A stretch of DNA of 64,000 nt from an uncultured delta proteobacterium. GTDB taxonomy: Bacteria; Desulfobacterota; Syntrophorhabdia; Syntrophorhabdales; WCHB1-27. The notes below the pieces were generated by a model. That model searched no databases. It saw nothing but the letters and a program-made list of their open reading frames with translations, and was not told the origin of the DNA. The stretch spans positions 640,001-704,000 of the forward strand of contig CAWEPK010000008.1 in assembly GCA_963810935.1 (NCBI GenBank), read 5' to 3'. A program made the position numbers and the translations under genes. This document shows positions 50,889 through 59,574 of this stretch, piece after piece (positions within the stretch are counted from its first letter, which is position 1; each line of letters begins with the position of its first letter).

Positions 50889-52184
50889 ATGGGCGAAGGT
50901 GACAGGAAGATGGAATCGTTGGATTTAACGCGGTTTGCCTCAGTTGCGATGCCGAGGTTCGTAAAGGTAAGGCAGCACTTTGCGAAAGAACGGGTCGGCG
51001 ATGTTGCAAAAGAAGTCAGCACGCAGTTAGCGCCGCACTTGACCAACCTCCGGGGAAAAAAGATCGCAATCGGGATAGGGAGCCGGGGAATTGCCGATAT
51101 CGGGGCGATAGCCAGGACGCTCGTCGATGAATTAAACAGGGCGGGGGCCGAGCCATTGATAATCCCTACTATGGGCAGTCATGGAGGGGCAACGCCCCAC
51201 GGGCAGATGGAAGTTCTGGCGTCTTACGGGATTACGCCGGAAAGCATGGGCGTGCCGTTTGACGCCTCTATGGAAGCGGAGCGCATCGGGGACCTTGGAC
51301 CGGAGCTTCCCATCTATGTGGCCGAAAGCGCGCTGCAAGCGGACGGCATCGTCGTGATTGCCCGCGTGAAGCCCCATACCGCCTTTCGGGGCGCGATCGA
51401 AAGCGGCGTGGCGAAGATGCTGACAATCGGGATAGGCAAGCAGATCGGGGCCGATTCCATGCACCACCAGGGCTTTGAGCGTTTCGCGGAGATGGTCCCC
51501 AGAATGGCGCAGGCGGTCGTCGAAAAAACCAAAGTGCTGTTCGCCCTGGGTATTGTCGAAAATGCCTACGAGCAAGTTTACAGGATCGAGGCGTTTTCCC
51601 GCGAAGACATCATGGCTATGGAAAAGGAGAAGGCCCTGCTCGAGGAAAGTAAGAGGATTATGGGACGCCTCCTTTTTCCCGAGTTCGATGTACTGGTGAT
51701 AGAAGAGATCGGAAAGGATGTCAGCGGGGACGGCCAGGACCCTAATGTCACGGGCTTATACATAACCGACTGCTGCAGCGGCGGTCCGCAATTTCAAAAA
51801 AGCGTCATATTCGGCTTGTCCGAGGAAACCCACGGTAATGCCTATGGTATGGGTTGCGCAGACGTTATCACACGAGGCCTGTTCGACAGTATAGATTTTA
51901 TCAAGACGTATACCAACGCCCTGACCAGCACGGTCTTGTTGCCGGCAAAAGTACCCATGGTTGCTGAAAGCAAAGAGGACGCGTTGCGTATCGCTCTCAA
52001 GGTCTGTAACCATGTAACCTCCGGGAAGCAGCGGATCGTATGGATCAGGAACACCGTTGCGCTGGATGAAATCGTGATCAGCGACGCCTTGCTGGAAGAG
52101 GCGAAGGCGCATCCCCAAATAGAGGTCCTGACGCAAGCCGCCGATATCGCGTTCCGGCAAGGAGAACCTGTATTTCCCTGGTAG
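50889..52184 (+). CDS. LarA-superfamily (lactate racemase domain) protein
   Basis: 'IGSRGIA', 'PTMGSHGGAT', 'RVKPHTAF', 'ESGVAKM', 'GKDVSGDGQD'. Confidence 0.75.
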   Translation: MGEGDRKMESLDLTRFASVAMPRFVKVRQHFAKERVGDVAKEVSTQLAPHLTNLRGKKIAIGIGSRGIADIGAIARTLVDELNRAGAEPLIIPTMGSHGGATPHGQMEVLASYGITPESMGVPFDASMEAERIGDLGPELPIYVAESALQADGIVVIARVKPHTAFRGAIESGVAKMLTIGIGKQIGADSMHHQGFERFAEMVPRMAQAVVEKTKVLFALGIVENAYEQVYRIEAFSREDIMAMEKEKALLEESKRIMGRLLFPEFDVLVIEEIGKDVSGDGQDPNVTGLYITDCCSGGPQFQKSVIFGLSEETHGNAYGMGCADVITRGLFDSIDFIKTYTNALTSTVLLPAKVPMVAESKEDALRIALKVCNHVTSGKQRIVWIRNTVALDEIVISDALLEEAKAHPQIEVLTQAADIAFRQGEPVFPW

Positions 52185-52200
52185 AAAGGTCGAGTGAAAG

Positions 52201-53576
52201 GTGAGGCGGGCAATCATCGATGATCTGGCCGGCGTGGTGGGCAAGCCCAATCTGCTCACGAGCAAGGAGAACTTGCGGGCCTATTCCTACGACGCCACAC
52301 CTTCGTGGACCGGTGAGGCCGAGGCAGTCGTATTCCCGACAAGCGCACACCAGATATCGGCCATATTAAAGATCGCCAACAGGGAAGCCATACCCGTCAC
52401 TCCCCGAGGCGCAGGGACGAACCTGACCGGCGCGACCATTCCGGTACGGGGCGGCATAGTCCTCTGCACTACCCGCATGAATCGAATCCTGGAGGTGGAC
52501 AGGGAGAACATGAAGGTGGTGGTCGAGCCCGGCGTCGTCCTCCGTGAGCTTAATACGCGGCTCGCCGGTGAAAACCTGTTCTTCCCCCCCGACCCTCAGA
52601 GCCTCAACAGCGCCACCCTGGGCGGTATGATCGCCGAGAACGCCGGGGGGCCGTCGTGCCTGAAATACGGCGTGACCAAACAATACGTGATGGGCCTGGA
52701 AGTGGTGCTGCCTACGGCGGAGATCGTCAATTTAGGGGGCACGACGCTCAACAACGTTGCGGGCTACGACCTCCTCCACCTGATCGTCAGCTCCGAGGGG
52801 ACGCTCGGCGTGATTACGAAGGCGATCCTCAGGGTCATAGCCCTGCCGCCCGCGCGGCAGACAATCCTTATCGCCTACGACGATGTGGCAATAGCCGGGG
52901 AAAACGTCTTCCGCGTACTGGAAAACGGCGTCATCCCAGGGAAAATAGAGCTTATCGATAATTGGATCATTAATAAATTCGAGGACATGATGCATATCGG
53001 CCTGCCCCGCGAGGCTGATGCCGTCCTTTTGTTCGAAGTCGACGGGATGAAGGAGGCGGTGGAACAGGAGACGGCGAAGATCGTCGAGATCGCGCAAAAA
53101 TACGGGGCCCGCGAGGTGAGGGTCGCGAAAGATGAGGATGAAGCCGAGAAGTACTGGATGGGCAGGAAGGCAGGGTTCGCAGCGGTCTACGGAGCGGCCG
53201 CGACCATTGTCGCCGACGACGTAGCCGTACCGCGCGGCCGCATCCCGGACCTAATGAGAAAATGCAAGGAGCTGGCGCACCGCTATAGTCTCGAGATCGC
53301 CGTGCTCGGCCATGCGGGCGACGGAAACTTCCACCCCACTATACTTACCGACGCGAGAGACACAGAGCATTACCAACGTGCAATCAAGGCGATGGATGAA
53401 ATAATTGCCACCGCCGTGGAGTCGGCGGGGTCATTTCCGGCGAGCATGGGATCGGGTTGGAGAAGAGGAAATTCTTCGGAAGAACGGTCCATCCGGTGGC
53501 AGTGAAACTGATGAAACAGATAAAGGCTTTATTCGACCCCCAAGACATCATGAACCCGGGTAAGATATGGGAATAG
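52201..53576 (+). CDS. FAD-linked 2-hydroxyacid dehydrogenase (GlcD-like); apparent frameshift near 53425
   Basis: 'PRGAGT', 'FPPDPQS', 'ENAGG...KYG', 'SEGTLG', 'HAGDGNFHP'; 'GEHGIG...MNPGKIWE' in the shifted frame. Confidence 0.9.
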
Positions 53577-53577
53577 A

Positions 53578-53626
53578 GCAGTTATTGAGGTTCAGCACCC
53601 CTTCATGAAAAGGAAAGTGCATTTTA
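53578..53626 (+). repeat. Dispersed repeat, copy F (short)
   Basis: gcagttattgaggttcagcaccccttcatgaaaaggaaagtgcatttt. Confidence 0.7.
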
Positions 53627-53637
53627 AATCAGGAAGA

Positions 53638-53688
53638 GCGCGCCTGCCGCGAATCGAACGCGGAACCTACGGCTTAGAAGGCCGTTGC
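53638..53688 (-). repeat. Exact 51-bp duplicate of the tRNA-Arg 3' part (att-like)
   Basis: Identical to 53774-53824; covers the anticodon arm through the 3' end. Confidence 0.92.
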
Positions 53689-53689
53689 G

Positions 53690-53770
53690 GCAGTTATTGG
53701 GGCTAGCGTCGCCCCCTCCACGAGCAAAGCTCGCGGAGCCACCCCCTCATAAAAAGGAAAGTGCATTTTA
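53690..53770 (+). repeat. Dispersed repeat, copy G
   Basis: gcagttattggggctagcgtcgccccctcca-cgagcaaagctcg-cggagccaccccctcataaaaaggaaagtgcatttt. Confidence 0.85.
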
Positions 53771-53774
53771 GAAG

Positions 53775-53848
53775 CGCGCCTGCCGCGAATCGAACGCGGA
53801 ACCTACGGCTTAGAAGGCCGTTGCTCTATCCTGTTGAGCTACAGGCGC
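53775..53848 (-). tRNA. tRNA-Arg(UCU), CCA not encoded
   Basis: GCGCCTG/CAGGCGC acceptor stem, TAGCTCA..GGATAGAGC D-arm, ACGGC-CTTCTAA-GCCGT anticodon arm, GTTCGAT T-loop. Confidence 0.96.
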
Positions 53849-54028
53849 ACGCCTAATTATAACTATTTAGGGCGGGCGATTGCAATGGAGGGGTGAGTGC
53901 GGGGAAAAGGGGGGATTTGCGGCTCGTTTATTATGTTCTTGAAAAAAAAGCCAATGAAGGTTATCCTTTACCTTCTTGACGCATACGTATCGCAGGATTA
54001 GTTTTTCCATCAAATACTGAGGTGAAGG

Positions 54029-54121
54029 ATGGGTAGCGTCGTTAAGTGGCGAAAGAAGAAGATGCGGAAGCACAAGTATAGAAAATTAAGAAAAAGGACG
54101 AGGCACCAGAGGAGAAAGTAG
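54029..54121 (+). CDS. 30-aa basic protein, AURKAIP1/COX24 (bS22/mS38-like) family; below the ORF track cutoff
   Basis: MGSVVKWRKKKMRKHKYRKLRKRTRHQRRK with upstream gaggtg RBS. Confidence 0.9.
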   Translation: MGSVVKWRKKKMRKHKYRKLRKRTRHQRRK

Positions 54122-54919
54122 CGACTTCATAATCGCCATATTCTCCGCGTCCATATTGCCCATCTTGGGCGTTTCCATTACACCCCCAAGATGGGCAAAC
54201 CTTTTATCGTTGAGAAGGAAGCGGAAGCAGCCCTCTCCGATACAACCCTTGCCGATGTGCCAGTGCCTGTCCGTGCGGCTGCCTCTCGGGGTCTTCGAGT
54301 CGTTAAGGTGGAAGAACCCGATGCAGCCGGGCCCGCAGCGTGTTTCCATCTCTTCTACGATAGATTCCCACACGTTCGTTCGTCTTACGTCGCGGCCCGA
54401 CTCGAACAGGTGGGCCGTGTCGAGGCAAAAACTTACTCTTTTGCGGTCTCCCACGGCCTTGTGCAGGGCTATCAGCTCAGCTATGCTCTTGCCTATTGCA
54501 CCGCCCTGCCCGGCCGCATTCTCGAGCAGCACCGACACGGGATAGGCGGCAAGCACCTCCCCTACCGCCCTTGCGGCGACGTCGATGCCTTTTTTGACGC
54601 TCTCCCTGGAGCCGCAATGCGCCACAATCGCCTTTATCCCCAGCTCTGCGCATAGACCCGCCTCGTGCATAAAACCGGCTAAATTTCTCGGGTCTTCATC
54701 CGAGCGCGCAATGTTCGGAAGATAGGACAGGTGAGCCACTACGGGCAGGTCGCCAAACAGGCGCGCGAAGGTTTCCCGGTCCGAGTCCTTCCACGATTTC
54801 TCTACCCACGACCGGGGGTTCTTCACGAATATCTGGATTACCTCGCAGCCAAGGCGCACCGCATCCCGGTAGGTTTGTTCGAGGCCTTTCGCAATGGGAA
54901 CGTGGAAGCCTATTTTCAT
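54086..54919 (-). CDS. nfo: Endonuclease IV
   Basis: 'IGFHV', 'QIFVKNPRSW', 'LLENAAGQG', 'CLDTAH', 'HLNDSK', 'DRHWHIG', 'ETP'. Confidence 0.93.
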   Translation of the reverse strand: MKIGFHVPIAKGLEQTYRDAVRLGCEVIQIFVKNPRSWVEKSWKDSDRETFARLFGDLPVVAHLSYLPNIARSDEDPRNLAGFMHEAGLCAELGIKAIVAHCGSRESVKKGIDVAARAVGEVLAAYPVSVLLENAAGQGGAIGKSIAELIALHKAVGDRKRVSFCLDTAHLFESGRDVRRTNVWESIVEEMETRCGPGCIGFFHLNDSKTPRGSRTDRHWHIGKGCIGEGCFRFLLNDKRFAHLGGVMETPKMGNMDAENMAIMKSLLSPLVPRPFS

Positions 54920-54959
54920 GTGCTAAACAGTTCCCTTCCTGCCGACCGGCCGTCGCGCG

Positions 54960-56018
54960 TCATGGCGTACGGTGAACTACAAACGCGCGTCCTTCCCTGC
55001 TTATCCCCGGATATGCGTTGCTGCCGTAAAGAAAGTGGACGGCGTCGAGATCGATAAAATCGAAAGCGCCGCTGCCCGAGGCCATGAAGACGGCCGCGGA
55101 GAGCCCCACCATGGTCTCGATCATGCACCCGACCATCAGCTTCATGCAGTGCCGCCGGGCAAGCTCCAAAATCTGCATCGATTCGCCGATGCCGCTCTTC
55201 GCTACCTTGACGTTTATGCCGTGCCCCAGGCCGTGGTCGGCAACCCTCTGCGCATCGTTTGCGCCCACGACCGATTCGTCGAGAATGATAGGCACGGGCG
55301 ATCTCTCCGTGACATATGCAAGGCCCTCGAAATCGTCCTTGCGCAGCGGCTGCTCGAAAAGCTCTATCTCATAGCGCGCCTTCAAAAGCGCTTCCGCGAA
55401 TGCAAGAAAGCCGTCCCGGCTATACGCCTGATTGCAGTCGATGCGCAGACTAAAGACTGCGGACGTCCTTTTCAGCAGCCCGTAAACGAGGCCGACCGCC
55501 TCTATATCGCGCTCCATTTTGCCGCTCACCTTCAGCTTGTACGCGGTAAAGCCGCTGCGCTCGGCACGCTCCGTCCATTGCGTGAGCTGCGCGTCATGCG
55601 AAAGGACCGGCAGCGTGATGTCCGTCTCGATCCTCTGCGTGTGCCCGCCCCAGTAAAGATGCTCCGTTACTCCCCTTTCTGCGATGGCGGCCCTGAAAAG
55701 CGCGACTTCGAGGCCGGACAAGGTCATCCGGGCGCGCGGGAAATCGGCGTGCAGGCCCGCAGTCAGGGACGCCCAGCCGTCTATCTGCGCGCCTTCGATC
55801 CGGGCGGCTGCATCTTTAAGCACCCGGCATATGGCGCCCACCGTCTCGCTCTTGAATGCCGCACTTGTAGGGACCTCCCCCGCGCCCTCTGCCCCGCTGT
55901 CCGTCGACACGGTAACAAGGACGCTGTGCATCGCGCGTTTCTTTCCAAGGGCTGTCGCGAATGTGGTCTTGAGGGGACGCAGGATCTGTTTGAACTTTAT
56001 TTCTTTAATTGAAGCCAC
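54960..56018 (-). CDS. L-Ala-D/L-Glu dipeptide epimerase (enolase superfamily)
   Basis: 'KLK', 'RIDCNQAY', 'FEQP', 'LDES', 'NVKVAKSG', 'GCMIE', 'DLD'; follows alr. Confidence 0.8.
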   Translation of the reverse strand: MASIKEIKFKQILRPLKTTFATALGKKRAMHSVLVTVSTDSGAEGAGEVPTSAAFKSETVGAICRVLKDAAARIEGAQIDGWASLTAGLHADFPRARMTLSGLEVALFRAAIAERGVTEHLYWGGHTQRIETDITLPVLSHDAQLTQWTERAERSGFTAYKLKVSGKMERDIEAVGLVYGLLKRTSAVFSLRIDCNQAYSRDGFLAFAEALLKARYEIELFEQPLRKDDFEGLAYVTERSPVPIILDESVVGANDAQRVADHGLGHGINVKVAKSGIGESMQILELARRHCMKLMVGCMIETMVGLSAAVFMASGSGAFDFIDLDAVHFLYGSNAYPGISREGRAFVVHRTP

Positions 56019-56078
56019 TACGAAATATTACTCCCGGCCCGGCTGACGATGCAAGCAGCCCCGGCCGTAGGACTCTCT

Positions 56079-57218
56079 TCAACCAACGTAATATCTTTTG
56101 ATGCGCCTGGATATGCCGCAAAGTATTTCGTACGGTATGCTCCCCGTCTCGCCGGCCATCTCGTCGGCCGTTACCGATGCGCCTTCAGAGCTTCCCATAA
56201 GCACGGCCTCCGTGCCTGCCTTCGCAGCAGGCACGTCCGTGATATCGACAAACGTCCAGTCCATGCAGACAAGGCCGAGGACCCGGCAGCGCCGTCCGGC
56301 CACGACCACGCTCCCACGGTTCGAGAGGGCCCTGGGGTAGCCGTGCGCATACCCGACGGGCACGTAGCCGACCCTCGTTTCCTTCTCGGTGACGTGCGTC
56401 CCGCCGTAGCTTAAGGGCGCGCCCGCCGGAAAGGTGCGCACGAAGGCAATCGACGAAGCCCACTTCATGACGGGCGCCAGCCGTATCTTTTTCCTTAAGG
56501 AAGCCCCGGGGTAGCAGCCGTAAAGCATGATGCCCGGCCTTACCATGTTGAAGCGTGCCTCCGGGTAGTTGCAGATTGCGGCGCTGTTGGCCATGTGCCT
56601 GAACGTGGGGTTTATGCCGTTCTCCTCGAAGCGCTTTACGATTTCCGAGAAAAGAGCGACCTGTCCGAGGCCGAATTCGTCCCTCCGCTCGGAAGACGGG
56701 AAGTGGCTCATGAGACCCTCGACCCGTGCAGAGCGCAGGTTGCTCAGCAGCGGCAAAAGGCTCGCTATCTCGCCGGGGGCAAAGCCGAGCCGCCCCATGC
56801 CTGTGTCGATTTTGATGTGAGCCTTCAGGTGTTTTGTTCCTTTGTATGCGGCGATCCGTTCCGCCAGCTCGAAATTGCCCACCGCAACGCTAAGATCGTA
56901 TTCGGCTAGCGCCTCGACCGGCTCCCACGGCATCAGCCCGCCCAGTACGAGGACTGGGGCTTCTATCCCGTTTTCCCTCAGCTCCTTCCCCTCTTCGACA
57001 GTAGCAACACCGAAATAAGGCGCGCCCAGGGACTGGAGCTTCTTGCCGACTTCGACGGCGCCGTGCCCGTAAGCGTCTGCCTTTATAACGCACAGCAGGC
57101 GCGTCTCGGGCTTTGCCAGGGCCCGGATCGCATTATAGTTTTCTGCAAGGGAACGCAGATCGACCGTTATTGCCGTCCGGTGCTGCTGCGCGCCGTTCTC
57201 ATCCGGCATCTCTCTCAC
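56079..57218 (-). CDS. alr: Alanine racemase
   Basis: 'VIKADAYGHG', 'KIDTGMGRLG', 'HMANSAA', 'VRPGIMLYG', 'VCMD', 'IPYEILC'. Confidence 0.96.
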   Translation of the reverse strand: MREMPDENGAQQHRTAITVDLRSLAENYNAIRALAKPETRLLCVIKADAYGHGAVEVGKKLQSLGAPYFGVATVEEGKELRENGIEAPVLVLGGLMPWEPVEALAEYDLSVAVGNFELAERIAAYKGTKHLKAHIKIDTGMGRLGFAPGEIASLLPLLSNLRSARVEGLMSHFPSSERRDEFGLGQVALFSEIVKRFEENGINPTFRHMANSAAICNYPEARFNMVRPGIMLYGCYPGASLRKKIRLAPVMKWASSIAFVRTFPAGAPLSYGGTHVTEKETRVGYVPVGYAHGYPRALSNRGSVVVAGRRCRVLGLVCMDWTFVDITDVPAAKAGTEAVLMGSSEGASVTADEMAGETGSIPYEILCGISRRIKRYYVG

Positions 57219-58514
57219 CTAAATCGCACTCTTGAGTTTTTTGAAAACGCGGCCGTAGATATCGAGCACTTCTTCGAGCACCCCGCCCGTATGGGCCATC
57301 GTGAGAAAGGCAGCCTCGTACTGGCTCGGGGCGAAGAAGACGCCCTCGTCCAGCATCAGTCTGAAGAACGCCGCGTAACGGCGGCTGTCGGAGGCGGAAG
57401 CGGTCTGGTAATCGACCACGTCGCGGTCGCTGAAAAAGCCGGTAAACATCGAAGTGAGGCCGTTTATCGCGTACGGCACACCCGCCTTCGACGCGATACG
57501 GGCAACCTCCGATGAGACGCGCGCAAGCTCGGACTTCAGGCCCTCGTAAGGCATCTCTTCCTTCAACCGCCTGAGCGTGTAGAGACCGGCCCTCACCGCC
57601 ACGGGGTTGCCTGAAAGCGTGCCCGCCTGGTAGACGTCGCCCTGCGGGGCCAGTCTTTCCATCAAGTCGCGCCTGCCGCCGAAGGCGCCGATGGGGAACC
57701 CACCGCCCACGATCTTGCCCAGGCAGGTAAGGTCCGCTTTCACGCCGTACAACTCCTGCGCGCCGCCGTAGGCGACCCTGAAGCCTGTGATCACCTCGTC
57801 GAGCACGAGCAATATGCCGTGCTTGTCGCAGATTTCCCGGACGTCCTGGAGGAAGCCCTTATCAGGGAGGACCACGCCCATGTTCCCCATGACGGGCTCC
57901 ATGATGAGGCACGCTATATCCGCCGCTTTCTCTTTGACGATCCTGCTTACCGTATCTATATGGTTGAACTCGGCCACAAGGGTATGCTTTGCCAGATCGG
58001 ACGGCACGCCCGCGCTGTCCGGCGTACCGAAGGTCGCAAGGCCCGAGCCCGCCTTCACAAGCAGACTGTCCACGTGCCCGTGATAGCACCCCCTGAACTT
58101 GACGACGCCCGCTTTGCCCGTTGCGCCCCTTGCGAGCCTGATGGCGCTCATGGCGGCCTCTGTTCCTGAGCTGGTCAGGCGCAGCATCTCTATCGACGGG
58201 AAGGCGTCGATAATCGCCTCGGCCAGCGCGGGCTCGTACGGATGGCATGCGCCGTAGCTCGTCCCGTCCGCGACGGCCGCCTGTATCTCGGCGGTCAGGC
58301 CGTCGTCCGCGTGCCCAAGGATAATCGCCCCCCACGACGAGACGAAATCAATGTAACGGTTGCCGTCGACGTCGAAAAGATAAGGCCCCTTGGCGTGATC
58401 TACATAGAACGGCTGGGCCCCTACCGACAGGAAGGCGCGAACCGGGCTATTGACGCCGGACGGCAACAGGCAAACAGCTTTCTCGTATAGGTCTTGCGAT
58501 TTGGACCGTGACAT
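57219..58514 (-). CDS. hemL: Glutamate-1-semialdehyde 2,1-aminomutase
   Basis: 'GVNSPVRAF', 'SGTEA', 'GCYHGH', 'DEVITGFR', 'GKIVGGGFP', 'QAGTLSGNP'. Confidence 0.96.
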   Translation of the reverse strand: MSRSKSQDLYEKAVCLLPSGVNSPVRAFLSVGAQPFYVDHAKGPYLFDVDGNRYIDFVSSWGAIILGHADDGLTAEIQAAVADGTSYGACHPYEPALAEAIIDAFPSIEMLRLTSSGTEAAMSAIRLARGATGKAGVVKFRGCYHGHVDSLLVKAGSGLATFGTPDSAGVPSDLAKHTLVAEFNHIDTVSRIVKEKAADIACLIMEPVMGNMGVVLPDKGFLQDVREICDKHGILLVLDEVITGFRVAYGGAQELYGVKADLTCLGKIVGGGFPIGAFGGRRDLMERLAPQGDVYQAGTLSGNPVAVRAGLYTLRRLKEEMPYEGLKSELARVSSEVARIASKAGVPYAINGLTSMFTGFFSDRDVVDYQTASASDSRRYAAFFRLMLDEGVFFAPSQYEAAFLTMAHTGGVLEEVLDIYGRVFKKLKSAI

Positions 58515-58665
58515 TACACTTATTATTCTACGATTGGGCGGTGGTCTCTTTCAAGGGAAATCCGATAAACGCGCACTTCCATCGAAGTCCCCCGGTCGCT
58601 TAAAGAGCCGGACTCGGGTTTCCTGAGGCCATTGTAAACGAGATCATTCAATCCCTCATCCGCTA

Positions 58666-59535
58666 CTATGCGAGGTTGTATTTCTTCGCCCACGTCGTAA
58701 CGTGGATAGGGGTATCGAGGATCTCCGCGCCCGCCTCCGCCAGCGCAGCCTGCTTGCCCGCTACCGTCCCGGCCTCGCCACGCACGATGGCGCCCGCGTG
58801 CCCCATCCGCTTACCCACCGGCGAATGGCGGCCCGCGATATAAGCTGCCACGGGCTTCTTATTGTCCCGGATCAGCGTAGCGACCTGCTCTTCCTGCTCG
58901 CCGCCGACTTCCCCGACGATTATAACCCCGTCCGTATCGGGGTCTTCCTCGAAAAGCTGCAAAATATCGCTCAGGTTCGTCAGCACTACGGGGTCCGCGC
59001 CCATGCCGACCACCGCGCTCTGGCCCACGTCGCTCTCGGACAGGATGCCCGCAAGCTCGTAAGAGAGGGTACCGCTTCTCGAGATAATACCCACGCGCCC
59101 CGCCCTGAAGAGTGAGGCGGGCATGATGCCGATCTTGCCCCTGCCCGGCACGAGTATGCCGGGGGTTGTCGGGCCGAGGGCGAAGACGCCTTTCGCAACC
59201 GCGTAGTCGCGCATCTTAATGACGTCCGCGACCGGGATGTGCTCCGGCACGACGACTATCAGCTTTATCCCCGCGTCGATAGTCTCCAGGAAGGCGTCGA
59301 GCACAAACGGCGCGGGCACGAAGAAGACGGAGGCGTTCGCGCCCGTCTCGGAGACGGCCTCGTCAACGCTGTCGAAGACGGGCAATCCCTCTACGGTAGA
59401 GCCGCCCTTGCCCGGCGTGACGCCGCCAACGATTTTGGTGCCGTAGGCGAGCATCCAGCGCGTCTGCACTGCGCCTATCTTGCCCGTGATGCCCTGCACG
59501 ATCACGCGGGTCAAGTCGTCGATCAATATTCCCAT
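58666..59535 (-). CDS. sucD: Succinyl-CoA synthetase-family alpha subunit
   Basis: 'VQGITG', 'GVTPGKGG', 'SRSGTLSYE', 'GEVGG', phospho-His 'MGHAGA'. Confidence 0.9.
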   Translation of the reverse strand: MGILIDDLTRVIVQGITGKIGAVQTRWMLAYGTKIVGGVTPGKGGSTVEGLPVFDSVDEAVSETGANASVFFVPAPFVLDAFLETIDAGIKLIVVVPEHIPVADVIKMRDYAVAKGVFALGPTTPGILVPGRGKIGIMPASLFRAGRVGIISRSGTLSYELAGILSESDVGQSAVVGMGADPVVLTNLSDILQLFEEDPDTDGVIIVGEVGGEQEEQVATLIRDNKKPVAAYIAGRHSPVGKRMGHAGAIVRGEAGTVAGKQAALAEAGAEILDTPIHVTTWAKKYNLA

Positions 59536-59574
59536 ATCAGACCCTCGATAGATTTTTTACGGATGCGGCCGACC

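Noticed and set aside
29795..53688. Whole catabolic cluster as a tRNA-integrated island
   Set aside because: The only att-like copy is ~135 bp from the tRNA; no distal att site or integrase seen in the window
12986..53770. CRISPR array interpretation of the repeats
   Set aside because: Copies are dispersed and variable, with no regular spacers and no cas genes
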